This document shows, piece after piece, positions 9,686-19,194 of a DNA stretch of 64,000 bases. The stretch is taken from positions 1 through 64,000 of the IMG/VR virus record IMGVR_UViG_3300028048_003175, one strand, 5' to 3'. Every line of letters starts with the position of its first letter. Positions within the stretch are counted from its first letter, which is position 1. The position numbers and the translations under genes were made by a program. The stretch comes from a virus. Its lineage: Duplodnaviria > Caudoviricetes. The notes beneath the pieces are model-generated. The model ran no database searches. It had not been told where the DNA came from and saw only the letters and a program-made list of their open reading frames with translations.

Positions 9686-10090
9686 ATGAAGGAAATCATA
9701 TTATTTGAAGAGATTATCGCCAGTGCAAAGAAGAACGACACGGAAATAGACGAGCATCTGGCAGAGTTTGGAGTGTTAGATTACATCGGTCTTGTTTTTG
9801 ATGCTTACAGAGACGCTAAAGAATGTGATTGTAACTACATCACTATAGCATGCCATTTACGTGATGACGAAATGGATCCGTTCCTCAATGCCTTAGATAA
9901 GGTTCAGCTTACAGAATTTGCTGTGACAAACACAAGTACTGCGCTGATGGATATGCTAATGGAGTTTCAGAAACGAGGCTGGAAAGTTCGAGGACTGGAA
10001 GAGGTTCCGACTAACCATTACAGTTTGTTTTCCAAAGGTAAAAGGGTATACCGTAGGAAACCAGCTATCATCGTAGAGAAAAGCAAATAG
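9686..10090 (+). CDS. Hypothetical protein
   Basis: 134-aa ORF. Confidence 0.6.
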   Translation: MKEIILFEEIIASAKKNDTEIDEHLAEFGVLDYIGLVFDAYRDAKECDCNYITIACHLRDDEMDPFLNALDKVQLTEFAVTNTSTALMDMLMEFQKRGWKVRGLEEVPTNHYSLFSKGKRVYRRKPAIIVEKSK

Positions 10091-10120
10091 TTATAACCCC
10101 TTTTTAAATAATTATTTATT

Positions 10121-10735
10121 ATGGAATTTTTTAATTTAATCGCATCGAAGATGCAGGACGGTCAGCAGTTGAACATGACCATCCGCAAGAACGGTGAAAA
10201 GCTCGTTCTTAGCATGATGCCCGATATGTCGGGTGTGAAAGACAAGGCGGTTTCCAGTCTGGAACCGTTAGTGATGAACGGCACTCCCCAGGAGTTCGAA
10301 GAGCAGTTTGAGCAGGCTGTCGCTCCCATTGAGAAAGCCTTCTCCCTCATGGACGAGGTCAATGCTTACGAGAAGACTGTTGAAGAGGCTCGTAAGAAAA
10401 CCGAAATGGAGTCCAAGAAAAAGAAGGAAGAGGCTGACCAGAAGCAGTCGTTCCTCGATCATCTTGCCCTTGCCAAGGAGTTGCTCGGAGAGCAGAAGTT
10501 CAAGGATGCCAAGACGGTCATTGCCAAGGCTGAGACCCTGCCTGGTGCCGACAAGGCTGCTTGCGACAAGCTCAAGAAAGAGGTTGACGAGAAGAGTGGC
10601 GAGGGTGGTATCTTCGGTGGTCCCGAGGACAAGAGTGACGGTAAGAAGCTGAGCCCTTCCAAGGGCAAGCCAGCTCCAGCACCTGACAAGAGTGATAGCG
10701 AACAGGAAGTCGAACAAACCGATGAGGAGGAGTAA
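10121..10735 (+). CDS. PRTRC system protein E
   Basis: N-terminal MEFF...LNMTIRK...PLVMNGTPQEFEEQF; position in the cassette. Confidence 0.75.
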   Translation: MEFFNLIASKMQDGQQLNMTIRKNGEKLVLSMMPDMSGVKDKAVSSLEPLVMNGTPQEFEEQFEQAVAPIEKAFSLMDEVNAYEKTVEEARKKTEMESKKKKEEADQKQSFLDHLALAKELLGEQKFKDAKTVIAKAETLPGADKAACDKLKKEVDEKSGEGGIFGGPEDKSDGKKLSPSKGKPAPAPDKSDSEQEVEQTDEEE

Positions 10736-10738
10736 GCT

Positions 10739-10951
10739 ATGTCAGCATTGAATGTAACTGGTCTGCAGCGTGTGTTCAAGCACGGCTCCAAGACCTTGAA
10801 AGACCCCGACAAGTCAATGTCCCCTGATGAGGTAATGCAGTTCTATGCTGGCACCTATCCGGAGTTGACTACAAGTAATGTTCATGGTCCTAAGATTGAC
10901 GGCGACAAAGCCGTCTATGAGTTCAAGACAACAGTAGGAACAAAGGGATGA
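10739..10951 (+). CDS. PRTRC system protein C (ubiquitin-like)
   Basis: RVF...LKDPD...PDEVMQFYAGTYPELTT...YEFKTTVGTKG; ends in Gly. Confidence 0.85.
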   Translation: MSALNVTGLQRVFKHGSKTLKDPDKSMSPDEVMQFYAGTYPELTTSNVHGPKIDGDKAVYEFKTTVGTKG

Positions 10952-10958
10952 AGAAGAA

Positions 10959-12167
10959 ATGCGAACCCAAGGAACTAAACGACTTCCACCACTCGCTGTG
11001 CTGCGTCATCAACGAGATAAGGAAGGATTTCCGACGCAGAATGGAGGACGAGGACGACGACAACAGTCGTCCCGTTCTTCTTCCAAGGGAAGCAACACCT
11101 TTGCTTTTTTAGGAGAAGAGCTGCAGGATATCCCCATCAAAGGTCATCTTGATAAGTATGAGATTGACTTTACTGGAAGTTATAAGAAGATAAGAGCAGC
11201 TATGGAACGGTTTCTTTCCGCCCATGACCTCAAGCTGAACTACAGGCCCAAGAGAGACGATGATGATGTCAAGAAGCTCAGCGACCTTACAGACCATTTT
11301 GAAAAGCTGCTGGAGCCTATGGACTACCATTGTATGCTTCACAAGGACGAGTACAACCCCATCCTTGACTGCGGTGTCTATGCTTATGGGGACGGAATGG
11401 ACTATACCATTGGAGAGCTGTATGTCCGTCCTGCTCACACGTTGCCAGACGAAGAGGCTATGCTGTTCAAGCGTTTCATGTCGTATTTCTCCAAGCAGAC
11501 GAATATCGGCTTAGGACTTGACGGCGACAGTTTCTTTCTCGAAACACAAGCCGACTGGTTTGCTGGCGAATATGACGACATCGATAGTATTGATGATGAT
11601 GATGAGAAAGAAGAATACCTGTTCCGGCAGCGTGTCATCAATGACTACAAGACTGGCGAATACAAGCAGTTGTTCGACGAGATAACTGCTCTCAATGTTG
11701 ACGGAGGCGAGTTAGCCAGAGACCTGCAGGCGTATCTGAAGCGCTATAAAGGCGTAGCGGAAAAGTTTGACGAGTGGAGGCTGATGGGCGTTCTTCTCGA
11801 TGGCATAGAGATAGCGAGTTTTATCAATATCTACGACTGGACCTGGGATCCTGAAAGTGACGGTGTTGACGAAAATCACGATGACAACTACTACACGGCA
11901 ACGAGTCTCTTGAATTTTATTTTGTATAGTGAGCACGACACCTTTGGGGAGTCAGTGCTTGATGCAGTCAATAATGGAGCTGATGAAATGCTGGGATGGT
12001 GCAACGTCCTTGTCATTACGAGGGATAATAACTTCGACGAGCGCAGAGAACACTTCGAGCAGTCGATATCCTACGTTCCCAAGTTCCGCCAATGGCTGCA
12101 GGATTTTTATCAAACAGCAGAAAAGTTCGATACAAATGAGTACACTAAAAGAACTAATGAGGGCTAA
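10959..12167 (+). CDS. PRTRC protein F-like acidic protein
   Basis: Lies between the C and B genes; assigned by synteny. Confidence 0.5.
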   Translation: MRTQGTKRLPPLAVLRHQRDKEGFPTQNGGRGRRQQSSRSSSKGSNTFAFLGEELQDIPIKGHLDKYEIDFTGSYKKIRAAMERFLSAHDLKLNYRPKRDDDDVKKLSDLTDHFEKLLEPMDYHCMLHKDEYNPILDCGVYAYGDGMDYTIGELYVRPAHTLPDEEAMLFKRFMSYFSKQTNIGLGLDGDSFFLETQADWFAGEYDDIDSIDDDDEKEEYLFRQRVINDYKTGEYKQLFDEITALNVDGGELARDLQAYLKRYKGVAEKFDEWRLMGVLLDGIEIASFINIYDWTWDPESDGVDENHDDNYYTATSLLNFILYSEHDTFGESVLDAVNNGADEMLGWCNVLVITRDNNFDERREHFEQSISYVPKFRQWLQDFYQTAEKFDTNEYTKRTNEG

Positions 12168-12849
12168 CATCAAGCCCACCGACGTCCTGATATTCTACAA
12201 GCCGGACGTTAACCTTGGCGGTGACGGCAACTACGTCGAGCATCGCAAAATCAAGAACGGGAAAATGGAGGCAGCGCATCCGCTGACCATCGAAGATTTC
12301 TCCAAGTTGGTGGCCACTATCAGCAAGTATGCGAAAAAAGACAGTGGTAGGACGGCATTGTCTGGAGTCATACCGTCAAACCTGCTCTATGCTGCCAGTG
12401 ACCTCACAAATATGCGTCTTGTATGGTGGACGCCACCCCATAAGCAGAAGCTCTATTTCACGAAGTCTGCAGGCATACCAGACGGAGATATGTGGGTTCC
12501 TGGGCTGGTGTTCTGTACCAACGGTCACGGTCTTAGCGTCTATGCCTTCAAAGGTTTCAAGCCCCGAAACGTTCTCTATAATGCCCCATTCTACAATGTC
12601 AACAACAGCGTCTGTCTCGGCTCTGCAAAGATACGGAAGCCAAAGGAAGACACCTACGGAGCGTGGATTGAGTACTGGGAGAATATGTTCTGGAGGTCTG
12701 AGTTCTCCCATATCCTCGGTGGCAATCCAATTAACGGTAACCTTGCCGTCATCACAAAGAAATGTATCAAAGAGGGTTGTCCGTTCCCTGCAGAAGTGAT
12801 GATACGTTCCAAGACAACACTTTCCAGTCTAATTAAAAACCAGAAATGA
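12136..12849 (+). CDS. PRTRC system protein B (prokaryotic E2-like)
   Basis: LVWWTPP, VPGLVF, LYNAPFYNV, VCLGS, FWRSEFSH. Confidence 0.8.
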   Translation: MSTLKELMRANIKPTDVLIFYKPDVNLGGDGNYVEHRKIKNGKMEAAHPLTIEDFSKLVATISKYAKKDSGRTALSGVIPSNLLYAASDLTNMRLVWWTPPHKQKLYFTKSAGIPDGDMWVPGLVFCTNGHGLSVYAFKGFKPRNVLYNAPFYNVNNSVCLGSAKIRKPKEDTYGAWIEYWENMFWRSEFSHILGGNPINGNLAVITKKCIKEGCPFPAEVMIRSKTTLSSLIKNQK

Positions 12850-13652
12850 TGAAAAAGAAAAAGCAGGACGCTCCACGCTTCATGAAGCACTACGTCCACA
12901 ACTACATACTTGACCCGTACCATGAGCTGACCGTCAACGTCATCGGTTGCGGTGGTACTGGTTCGCAGGTGCTGACCGCCCTTGGCAGGATGAGCTATGC
13001 GCTGAGGAAGCTGGGACACCCAGGGTTATTCGTCACGGCTTATGACGGCGATATCGTGACCGATGCCAACTGCGGTCGCCAGTTATTCTCTGAGCAGGAG
13101 ATCGGTTGCAACAAGGCTGAGGTTCTTATTTCAAAACTCAACTTCTTCTTCGGGACGAAGTGGGATAGCGTGAGCGACTTCTACAAGGAGGACAGCCCAC
13201 GTGCCAACATCACGATTTCCTGTGTTGACACCGCCAAGGCAAGGCTCCTCATCCGTAGTAATCTTGACTGTAAGACGAATAGCTATGGAGGGGACGAGGG
13301 ACAGCCTTACTACTGGCTGGATATGGGTAACCTCGCTGACAGAGGTCAGGTCGTATTGGGAACGGTTTCGTCCATCCAGCAGCCAAAGAAACGCAACGAT
13401 TGTGTTTCTGTATTGCCAGATGTGACAAAGCTATTCGACCTCAAGGCTGTCAAAGAGAAAGACCAGGGACCAAGCTGCTCACTGGCTGAGGCTCTGTCAA
13501 AGCAGGACTTGTTTATCAATTCCACTATTGCCAATGCCGGCATGGCGATCCTCTGGAAGATGTTCTCCGTCGGCTGTCTCGATATGCAGGGAGCGTTTCT
13601 AAATCTCACCACCATGCAGATGAACCCCATCAGAATAAGCAAAGGAAAATAA
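12846..13652 (+). CDS. PRTRC ThiF family (E1-like) enzyme
   Basis: IGCGGTGS, DGDIV..ANCGRQLF, NKAEVL, SCVD, GPSCSLAEAL..QDLFIN. Confidence 0.9.
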   Translation: MMKKKKQDAPRFMKHYVHNYILDPYHELTVNVIGCGGTGSQVLTALGRMSYALRKLGHPGLFVTAYDGDIVTDANCGRQLFSEQEIGCNKAEVLISKLNFFFGTKWDSVSDFYKEDSPRANITISCVDTAKARLLIRSNLDCKTNSYGGDEGQPYYWLDMGNLADRGQVVLGTVSSIQQPKKRNDCVSVLPDVTKLFDLKAVKEKDQGPSCSLAEALSKQDLFINSTIANAGMAILWKMFSVGCLDMQGAFLNLTTMQMNPIRISKGK

Positions 13653-13687
13653 TGTTTGTCCTTCTTTGTGGCAAACTTTTCTGCTGT

Positions 13688-13727
13688 GGCTGCGCCACCC
13701 GTGAGGGCCGTGCAGCCCTTTTTTATT
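13688..13727 (+). terminator. Intrinsic terminator
   Basis: GGCTGC..CC GTGA GG..GCAGCC followed by T tract. Confidence 0.65.
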
Positions 13728-13733
13728 GCTGGC

Positions 13734-13846
13734 TTGCAAATATGATTAACTATAATTAACGCTAAGGATTTTAAAATAATATCGTAAAAAGTTGCAAGAT
13801 TGATTATTTCTTTGTATCTTTGCCTATGCAAATAAGATAATAATCA
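13734..13846 (+). promoter_or_regulatory. Repeated early promoter/operator cassette, copy 2
   Basis: TATCTTTG at 13815-13822; three TGCA-N5-GATWA boxes. Confidence 0.85.
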
Positions 13847-13865
13847 CTCTTAACATTCAGAACAA

Positions 13866-14111
13866 ATGGAAAAATCAATGAACAGCAGCTCACTCGGAGC
13901 GCAAAAAAATCAGCAGGAAACTCAGTTCCAGCCAGTATCAAGCCGTTTTACTTTCAAGCTCATTAGAGCTTTCTTTGCCGTGTTTATCATCACATCGCTT
14001 GTTGTCGGTCTTTGGACCCATACCTGGCACAACATCATGTTTGCCGGCATGTTCTACTGTCTTTACAAGGCTATCAAATACGAGGACTACAACAATGGCA
14101 GAAAAGAGTAA
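13866..14111 (+). CDS. Small membrane protein
   Basis: Two hydrophobic segments. Confidence 0.6.
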   Translation: MEKSMNSSSLGAQKNQQETQFQPVSSRFTFKLIRAFFAVFIITSLVVGLWTHTWHNIMFAGMFYCLYKAIKYEDYNNGRKE

Positions 14112-14415
14112 TATCAAGATAATCGGGCAAGCTGCTCCACAATACGTCGCCGAGTGGGAGTTCTACGACTTCTACGAGCGCAAGAAGGTTGTTGAGCATG
14201 GCTGGCCAACAAACAGTGAGGAGGTGCAAAAGTTCCGCGAGCAGATGAAGAATATCGACTGGAACAACCTCAATAAGACCAAGGCAGGCAGCAAGATTCT
14301 CACGGGTGTCCGCATCTACAAGGGTGACGAGATCATCTACGACTGCTATTGCCCGTTGCGTGAGCTGTCAATGCTCAACACCCTATCCACGAAAATAGTT
14401 TCATTCAAAAAATAA
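14095..14415 (+). CDS. Hypothetical protein
   Basis: ATG at 14095 overlaps the upstream gene. Confidence 0.6.
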   Translation: MAEKSNIKIIGQAAPQYVAEWEFYDFYERKKVVEHGWPTNSEEVQKFREQMKNIDWNNLNKTKAGSKILTGVRIYKGDEIIYDCYCPLRELSMLNTLSTKIVSFKK

Positions 14416-14423
14416 TCAAGATT

Positions 14424-15020
14424 ATGGAAGAAAGAATTGACATTTCCAAGAGAGACCTCTTAGCGGCTTATGATGAAGCGAATAGCGACGGTAAGGCACT
14501 GCTGGAGAAATTGTATGGCAAAGCCATCTTTACGAAAGACATCACAGAACGTGTAAAGACATTCGAGGATGCCTTAGAAGTGCTTGGGGAAGTCCACTGT
14601 TTTGTTAGCGAGTATAATACGCTGGTAAACTCCGGACTTATCCACTCCTTATCTCCAGACCTCGTAGCTTACCTGAAGCTCCGTATTATTACTGCAGCCC
14701 TCAATGAAGGCTGGGAGCCTCAGTTTACTGTTGACGAGTACCGCTACTATCCCTGGTTCGATTTCTACACACAGAAAGAGATTGACGAAATGGATGAGGA
14801 AGACAGAAGCCGTGTCGTTAGTCGTGCGTCCTGCAATGCGAATGCGAATGGCGGTTGCGTTTGTGCGAACGCGAGCAACGCTTCTTCGTACTCGTATGCG
14901 GGCAGCGGTGCGCGTCTCGCCTTCAAGACACGTGAACTCGCCATTTATGCTGGCAAGCAGTTTATTGAAATTTGGGCTGACTTTGTGTTCCGTCCAGAAA
15001 CAAAGGAAACAGAAGAATGA
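14424..15020 (+). CDS. DGR remote target protein (198 aa, C-terminal variable region)
   Basis: Contains VR2; the VR ends GARLAF, as in the giant tail protein. Confidence 0.9.
   Translation: MEERIDISKRDLLAAYDEANSDGKALLEKLYGKAIFTKDITERVKTFEDALEVLGEVHCFVSEYNTLVNSGLIHSLSPDLVAYLKLRIITAALNEGWEPQFTVDEYRYYPWFDFYTQKEIDEMDEEDRSRVVSRASCNANANGGCVCANASNASSYSYAGSGARLAFKTRELAIYAGKQFIEIWADFVFRPETKETEE
14821..14920 (+). repeat. DGR variable repeat VR2
   Basis: 100 nt colinear with TR 62886-62985; 12 mismatches, all at TR adenines. Confidence 0.93.
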
Positions 15021-15439
15021 ACACACGAAAGCCCTTCAACTTCGATGAGCTTCTTGCCAAGGAAAGAGCCACGAAACCCAAGAAAGTGCAAGGTCACCAT
15101 GAGAGTGACCTCCAGATTTCTTGTGTGAAGTGGTTCAAGATGCAGTACAAAAGGTACATCATCTTTGCTGTTCCTAACGGTGGTACCAGGGATAAGAAAG
15201 AAATGATATGGATGCTCCGTGAGGGCATCCTCCCTGGCGTTGCCGATCTGGTCATCTTGGGTGACAGAGGGAAAATCCTCTTCGTTGAAATGAAGACACC
15301 TAAAGGAACCCAGAGCCAGCACCAGAAGGATTTTGAAGAGAAAGTAACCCAACTCGGTTTCCAGTATATCGTCTGCCGTTCTCTGGAGAGCTTCATGAAA
15401 GCCGTCCGTGAGTGGGTGGAAAAGATACGCTGGGAGTAA
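15017..15439 (+). CDS. VRR-NUC domain nuclease (second copy)
   Basis: ESDLQ...FAVPNGG...GVADL...FVEMK...Q. Confidence 0.85.
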   Translation: MNTRKPFNFDELLAKERATKPKKVQGHHESDLQISCVKWFKMQYKRYIIFAVPNGGTRDKKEMIWMLREGILPGVADLVILGDRGKILFVEMKTPKGTQSQHQKDFEEKVTQLGFQYIVCRSLESFMKAVREWVEKIRWE

Positions 15440-15453
15440 AAAGGAATAGAGAA

Positions 15454-15750
15454 ATGGATTTATCACTGATGTCTATCCTGTTCAGCAGCGAAGTGAAGAA
15501 CGCTGGCTTCATTGGGGTGCAACTGATTTTCGACCCCAAGACAGCGAGTGGCGTGGCAATGGTCGAGTCGCTTAATGGGGATTTGGATGGCCTTGCCAAA
15601 GCTGTCAGTGCCAGCATCGGTAAGAGGGGCAATGGAAACAGGGAGGAAATGTTCGACCTGTTCGCCAAGATTGTCCTCGAAAGCTGCAAGGGAAGACCAG
15701 ACAGATTATTGAAATTATCATCATTTATCAAACAGACTTATGAATTCTAA
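15454..15750 (+). CDS. Hypothetical protein
   Basis: ORF within the operon. Confidence 0.5.
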   Translation: MDLSLMSILFSSEVKNAGFIGVQLIFDPKTASGVAMVESLNGDLDGLAKAVSASIGKRGNGNREEMFDLFAKIVLESCKGRPDRLLKLSSFIKQTYEF

Positions 15751-16375
15751 GAAAGTTATCAATATCGGCATTGACCTTGAAACGCTCTCAACGTTTCCGA
15801 CAGCAGCTATCGTAGCGATTGCTGCCAAGGTCTTTACAATAGATCCTGATGAGAAATGTGACGGAGAGCAGTTCCGTGCGAATATAAACCCCATGTCTTG
15901 CATCGTCAACGGTTTCCATGTGGAGGAAGAGACCTGCAAATGGTGGAGTGAGCGCGAAGACACTGTGAAGAAGAATATGCTCAACCCGTCCTTCCCGTCC
16001 ATGAATATCGCATCAGCCCTCGACAGTTTCACAGACTGGATAGAACTTGTGAAATCGAACTACGAATGTGACGACGTGGTGATATGGATGGAAGGCACTG
16101 ACTTTGACGGTGCCATCCTCCGCAATGCCCTTCGCCGTACGTTCCCAGAGAAGGGGCGCAAGGCTGTGCCCTGGCATTATCGCCAGCTCCGTGACGCGAG
16201 GACATTCATCCTCGAAGGTATCAGACTGTTCCATGGTAACGTAGAAACCCCTTTTGAGCTGATACCAAAGCCAGAGACGCCTTTCCTGCATCATGACCCG
16301 ATGGGTGACGTGGAGCAGATGATTTGGAATATCCGCTATGTAAACAAATTATTCACCAATTCAATACAAAAGTAA
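15740..16375 (+). CDS. DEDDh 3'-5' exo(ribo)nuclease
   Basis: IDLETL, WW, FDGAIL, RDART, HHDPMGD. Confidence 0.8.
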   Translation: MNSKKVINIGIDLETLSTFPTAAIVAIAAKVFTIDPDEKCDGEQFRANINPMSCIVNGFHVEEETCKWWSEREDTVKKNMLNPSFPSMNIASALDSFTDWIELVKSNYECDDVVIWMEGTDFDGAILRNALRRTFPEKGRKAVPWHYRQLRDARTFILEGIRLFHGNVETPFELIPKPETPFLHHDPMGDVEQMIWNIRYVNKLFTNSIQK

Positions 16376-16377
16376 CA

Positions 16378-16938
16378 ATGGTAAGCGTAAAGATTCAACT
16401 TTGTGGTGGCATCATGCCAGCCAAGGCCCATGAGGACGATGCTTGTTTCGACCTCTACGTTCCTAAAGAGACCGTCATCAAGACAGGACGGCAGATTATT
16501 CCGCTGGACTTCAAAATCCAGCTTCCCAAGCAGTACTGCGCACATGTGCGCTCTCGCAGTGGATTCTCTTCAAAGGGCTTGATAGCCTATTTCTCATGCG
16601 ACAAGAACTATGAGCATCCCGTCAGAGTTGATGCAGACGTCATCACCGGCATCGTTGATTGCGGTTTTACTGGTATCGTCGGTGTTATCCTCAAATGCGC
16701 TGGACGCCTCACACAGATGGACGAGTGGAGTATTAAGCTTCTTGATGCTTACAGCAAGAAAATAGATATCGGCATCGAATGGGATGGTGAAATGGTCATC
16801 AAAGCTAAGGAGCGTATCGCCCAGCTTGCAATTGTTCCTGTTCCTGAGACGGTGTTTGAGGTCGTCGATAAGATTGATGACAGCGAACGAGGTGAGGGAG
16901 GCTTCGGCAGCACTAACGAGAAAGGAGGTGCGTCATGA
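16378..16938 (+). CDS. dut: dUTPase (trimeric type)
   Basis: ACFDL, RSRSG, GIVDCGFTG, ERIAQL, RGEGGFGST. Confidence 0.92.
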   Translation: MVSVKIQLCGGIMPAKAHEDDACFDLYVPKETVIKTGRQIIPLDFKIQLPKQYCAHVRSRSGFSSKGLIAYFSCDKNYEHPVRVDADVITGIVDCGFTGIVGVILKCAGRLTQMDEWSIKLLDAYSKKIDIGIEWDGEMVIKAKERIAQLAIVPVPETVFEVVDKIDDSERGEGGFGSTNEKGGAS

Positions 16939-17186
16939 GGACCAGAAGAACGCTCGGCATGATGGCAGCGATGATGGCTGTTGCTGCAGCAGGAGGTGGA
17001 AGCCACTTTATGCTCCGCCGTCCTGCAGAAGTAAAGCCCCGTGACAATACGAGAGCAAGAAAGCTGTACCATGTGGACGTGCAGGAGCATGAGTTCATCG
17101 TCCACGGTGAGGCTATCATGGCCAAGAACCGAAAGACGGCTCTCAAGATTTATGCAAACAGACACAAGAGTGATTTTCGTAAATAA
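16935..17186 (+). CDS. Hypothetical protein
   Basis: ATGA overlap. Confidence 0.55.
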   Translation: MRTRRTLGMMAAMMAVAAAGGGSHFMLRRPAEVKPRDNTRARKLYHVDVQEHEFIVHGEAIMAKNRKTALKIYANRHKSDFRK

Positions 17187-17261
17187 CGCATTTGTTCATG
17201 CCGCCCGTTGACCGGGAGGTTAGCAGGCGGTTTCTTAAAGATTCACCAAAAACAAGAAAAT

Positions 17262-18383
17262 ATGAAATTCAACGTATCAAGTTCCTCCCTTGCCGCGAAA
17301 CTCGTCGCATTAGGGAAAGTCATTAACAGCAAGAACTCGTTACCCATTCTGGGTGACATAGTGTTTGACATTCAAGGCACCCAGCTCAACCTCATGGCAT
17401 CCGACAGTGAGGTGTGGATGCAGACGGGCTTGGAGCTGACGGAAGCAGATGGCGACTGCTCTTTTGCCATCGGCTCCCATGATATCATCGAGGCAGTCAA
17501 AGGACTGTCCGAACAACCTCTCACGTTTGATGTGGACCTGCAGAAGAACCTCGTCAAGATCATCTACAACAACGGTAACTTCTCCATGCCAGTGGAGGAC
17601 CACAAGGATTTCCCCAAGCCAGTAGAGATAAAGGGTGACGTCCACAAGCAGATAGACAAGGCAATCTTCAACGAGTGTATATCCCGTGCGCTGTTCGGCT
17701 GTGGTGACAGTGACTTGCGTCCTGTCATGAACGGTGAGTATTTCGACTTCACAGATAAGTACCTGGCCATCGTTGCCAGTGACGGTCACAAGCTCGTCCG
17801 CAACATGCTCACGGAGTACAAGAGCGAGACCATCGGCTCGTTCATCATGCCGAAGAAAGTAGTTGCCGTTCTTCGTAGCACATTCAACAAAGAAGCCGGA
17901 GAGGTGCATCTGCACTTTGACGACCGTAATGCCAAGCTGGAGTTCGACACGACAACCATCACGTTCCGACTCATCGAAGGACGTTACCCGAACTACAACT
18001 CCGTCATTCCGCAGAACAACCCCAACGAGGCACGTGTTGACCGTGCCTGCCTGCTGGCAGCTCTGAAACGTGTGCAGAACTTCTCCAACAGCTCCAGCTA
18101 CCTTGTCTGCTTCCGCTTCGAGGGCGACAAGCTACAGTTGGATGCTGAGGACTACGACTTCTCGAAGACAGCCACCGAGGACGTTGCCTGCGAGTATAAT
18201 GGCAGTCCGCTGAGCATCGGCTTCAAGTCCTCCACATTCGTGGATATCCTCGCCAACATGACGAGCAAGGAAGTCATTATCCAGCTCAGCGATCCGTCAC
18301 GTGCAGCGCTTGTTGTCCCTGCAGAGCAAAAAGAGGGTATGGAAGTGCTCATGCTCATCATGCCGATGTTGTTAAACAATTAA
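17262..18383 (+). CDS. dnaN: DNA polymerase III beta sliding clamp
   Basis: LPIL, RPVMNG, VASDGHKL, RLIEGRYPNYNSVIP, LIMPM; full length. Confidence 0.95.
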   Translation: MKFNVSSSSLAAKLVALGKVINSKNSLPILGDIVFDIQGTQLNLMASDSEVWMQTGLELTEADGDCSFAIGSHDIIEAVKGLSEQPLTFDVDLQKNLVKIIYNNGNFSMPVEDHKDFPKPVEIKGDVHKQIDKAIFNECISRALFGCGDSDLRPVMNGEYFDFTDKYLAIVASDGHKLVRNMLTEYKSETIGSFIMPKKVVAVLRSTFNKEAGEVHLHFDDRNAKLEFDTTTITFRLIEGRYPNYNSVIPQNNPNEARVDRACLLAALKRVQNFSNSSSYLVCFRFEGDKLQLDAEDYDFSKTATEDVACEYNGSPLSIGFKSSTFVDILANMTSKEVIIQLSDPSRAALVVPAEQKEGMEVLMLIMPMLLNN

Positions 18384-18395
18384 ATATTCGCAATT

Positions 18396-18893
18396 ATGGA
18401 AAATCAGAATGTATTACAGCCGATATTCGGCAATGAGGTGGTCATCACCAAGCAGAAACAGAAGGAAGTAGCCGAGGACCTTGTCAAGAAAGTCCTCGAC
18501 GGTAACGTGTCGCCCATCAATGCCTACGTGCAGCTCAAGGGTATCGCTGACGCACTGACAGCAGCCATCAAGGATCCTGCCCTGGTGGAGAGCGTTCTCA
18601 CCGAGCGCATGAAGTGGGGCAAGGAAACGCCCGTGTTCCATGGTGCCATCGTCGCCATCAGTGAGGGTGGCGTGAAGTACGACTTCGAGGTATGTGGCGA
18701 CTCAGTGTATAACGACCTCGCCAAGCAGAAGGAAGAGCTGGAGAAGAAGATTAAGGAGCGCCAGAAGTTCCTCATGGGTCTGCCAGAGGAAGGCGCAACT
18801 ATCGCCGACCAGAGCACAGGGGAAATGTGTAGCGTCAAGCGTCCTGCCAAGACCTCTACCACCGTTGTCCGAGTAACCTTCCCGAAAGAGTAA
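18396..18893 (+). CDS. Hypothetical phage protein
   Basis: 165-aa ORF. Confidence 0.65.
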   Translation: MENQNVLQPIFGNEVVITKQKQKEVAEDLVKKVLDGNVSPINAYVQLKGIADALTAAIKDPALVESVLTERMKWGKETPVFHGAIVAISEGGVKYDFEVCGDSVYNDLAKQKEELEKKIKERQKFLMGLPEEGATIADQSTGEMCSVKRPAKTSTTVVRVTFPKE

Positions 18894-19192
18894 TGCCGAA
18901 GACCATTATCTTTGAACCAGACGCATGGAAGCACAGTCAACTGAGCCTTGCTGCCAGATACGGAGGAATCCGCATCAACGGACAGGAGTATTATGTTGAC
19001 TGTCCTTCCGAGTGTCTTATCCGTAAAGACTGGGAGAAGGTGGTAAAAGCTGTCGGAGTGGAGAAAGCAAAATGCCTCATCCGGAACGGCTATACCACGG
19101 CAACCAGCGCAATGGCTTTCATCCGTAAGGAGAGAGCTGAGGCTAAGGCACAGCGCGAGGTTCAAGAAGACAACCAACCAACGTTATTCTGA
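18893..19192 (+). CDS. Hypothetical protein
   Basis: TAATG coupling; ends QPTLF. Confidence 0.6.
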   Translation: MPKTIIFEPDAWKHSQLSLAARYGGIRINGQEYYVDCPSECLIRKDWEKVVKAVGVEKAKCLIRNGYTTATSAMAFIRKERAEAKAQREVQEDNQPTLF

Positions 19193-19194
19193 CT

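Noticed and set aside
14980-15006. Hairpin downstream of VR2 as a DGR recognition element
   Set aside because: Only a weak 6-9 bp imperfect stem, with no similarity to the VR1 hairpins
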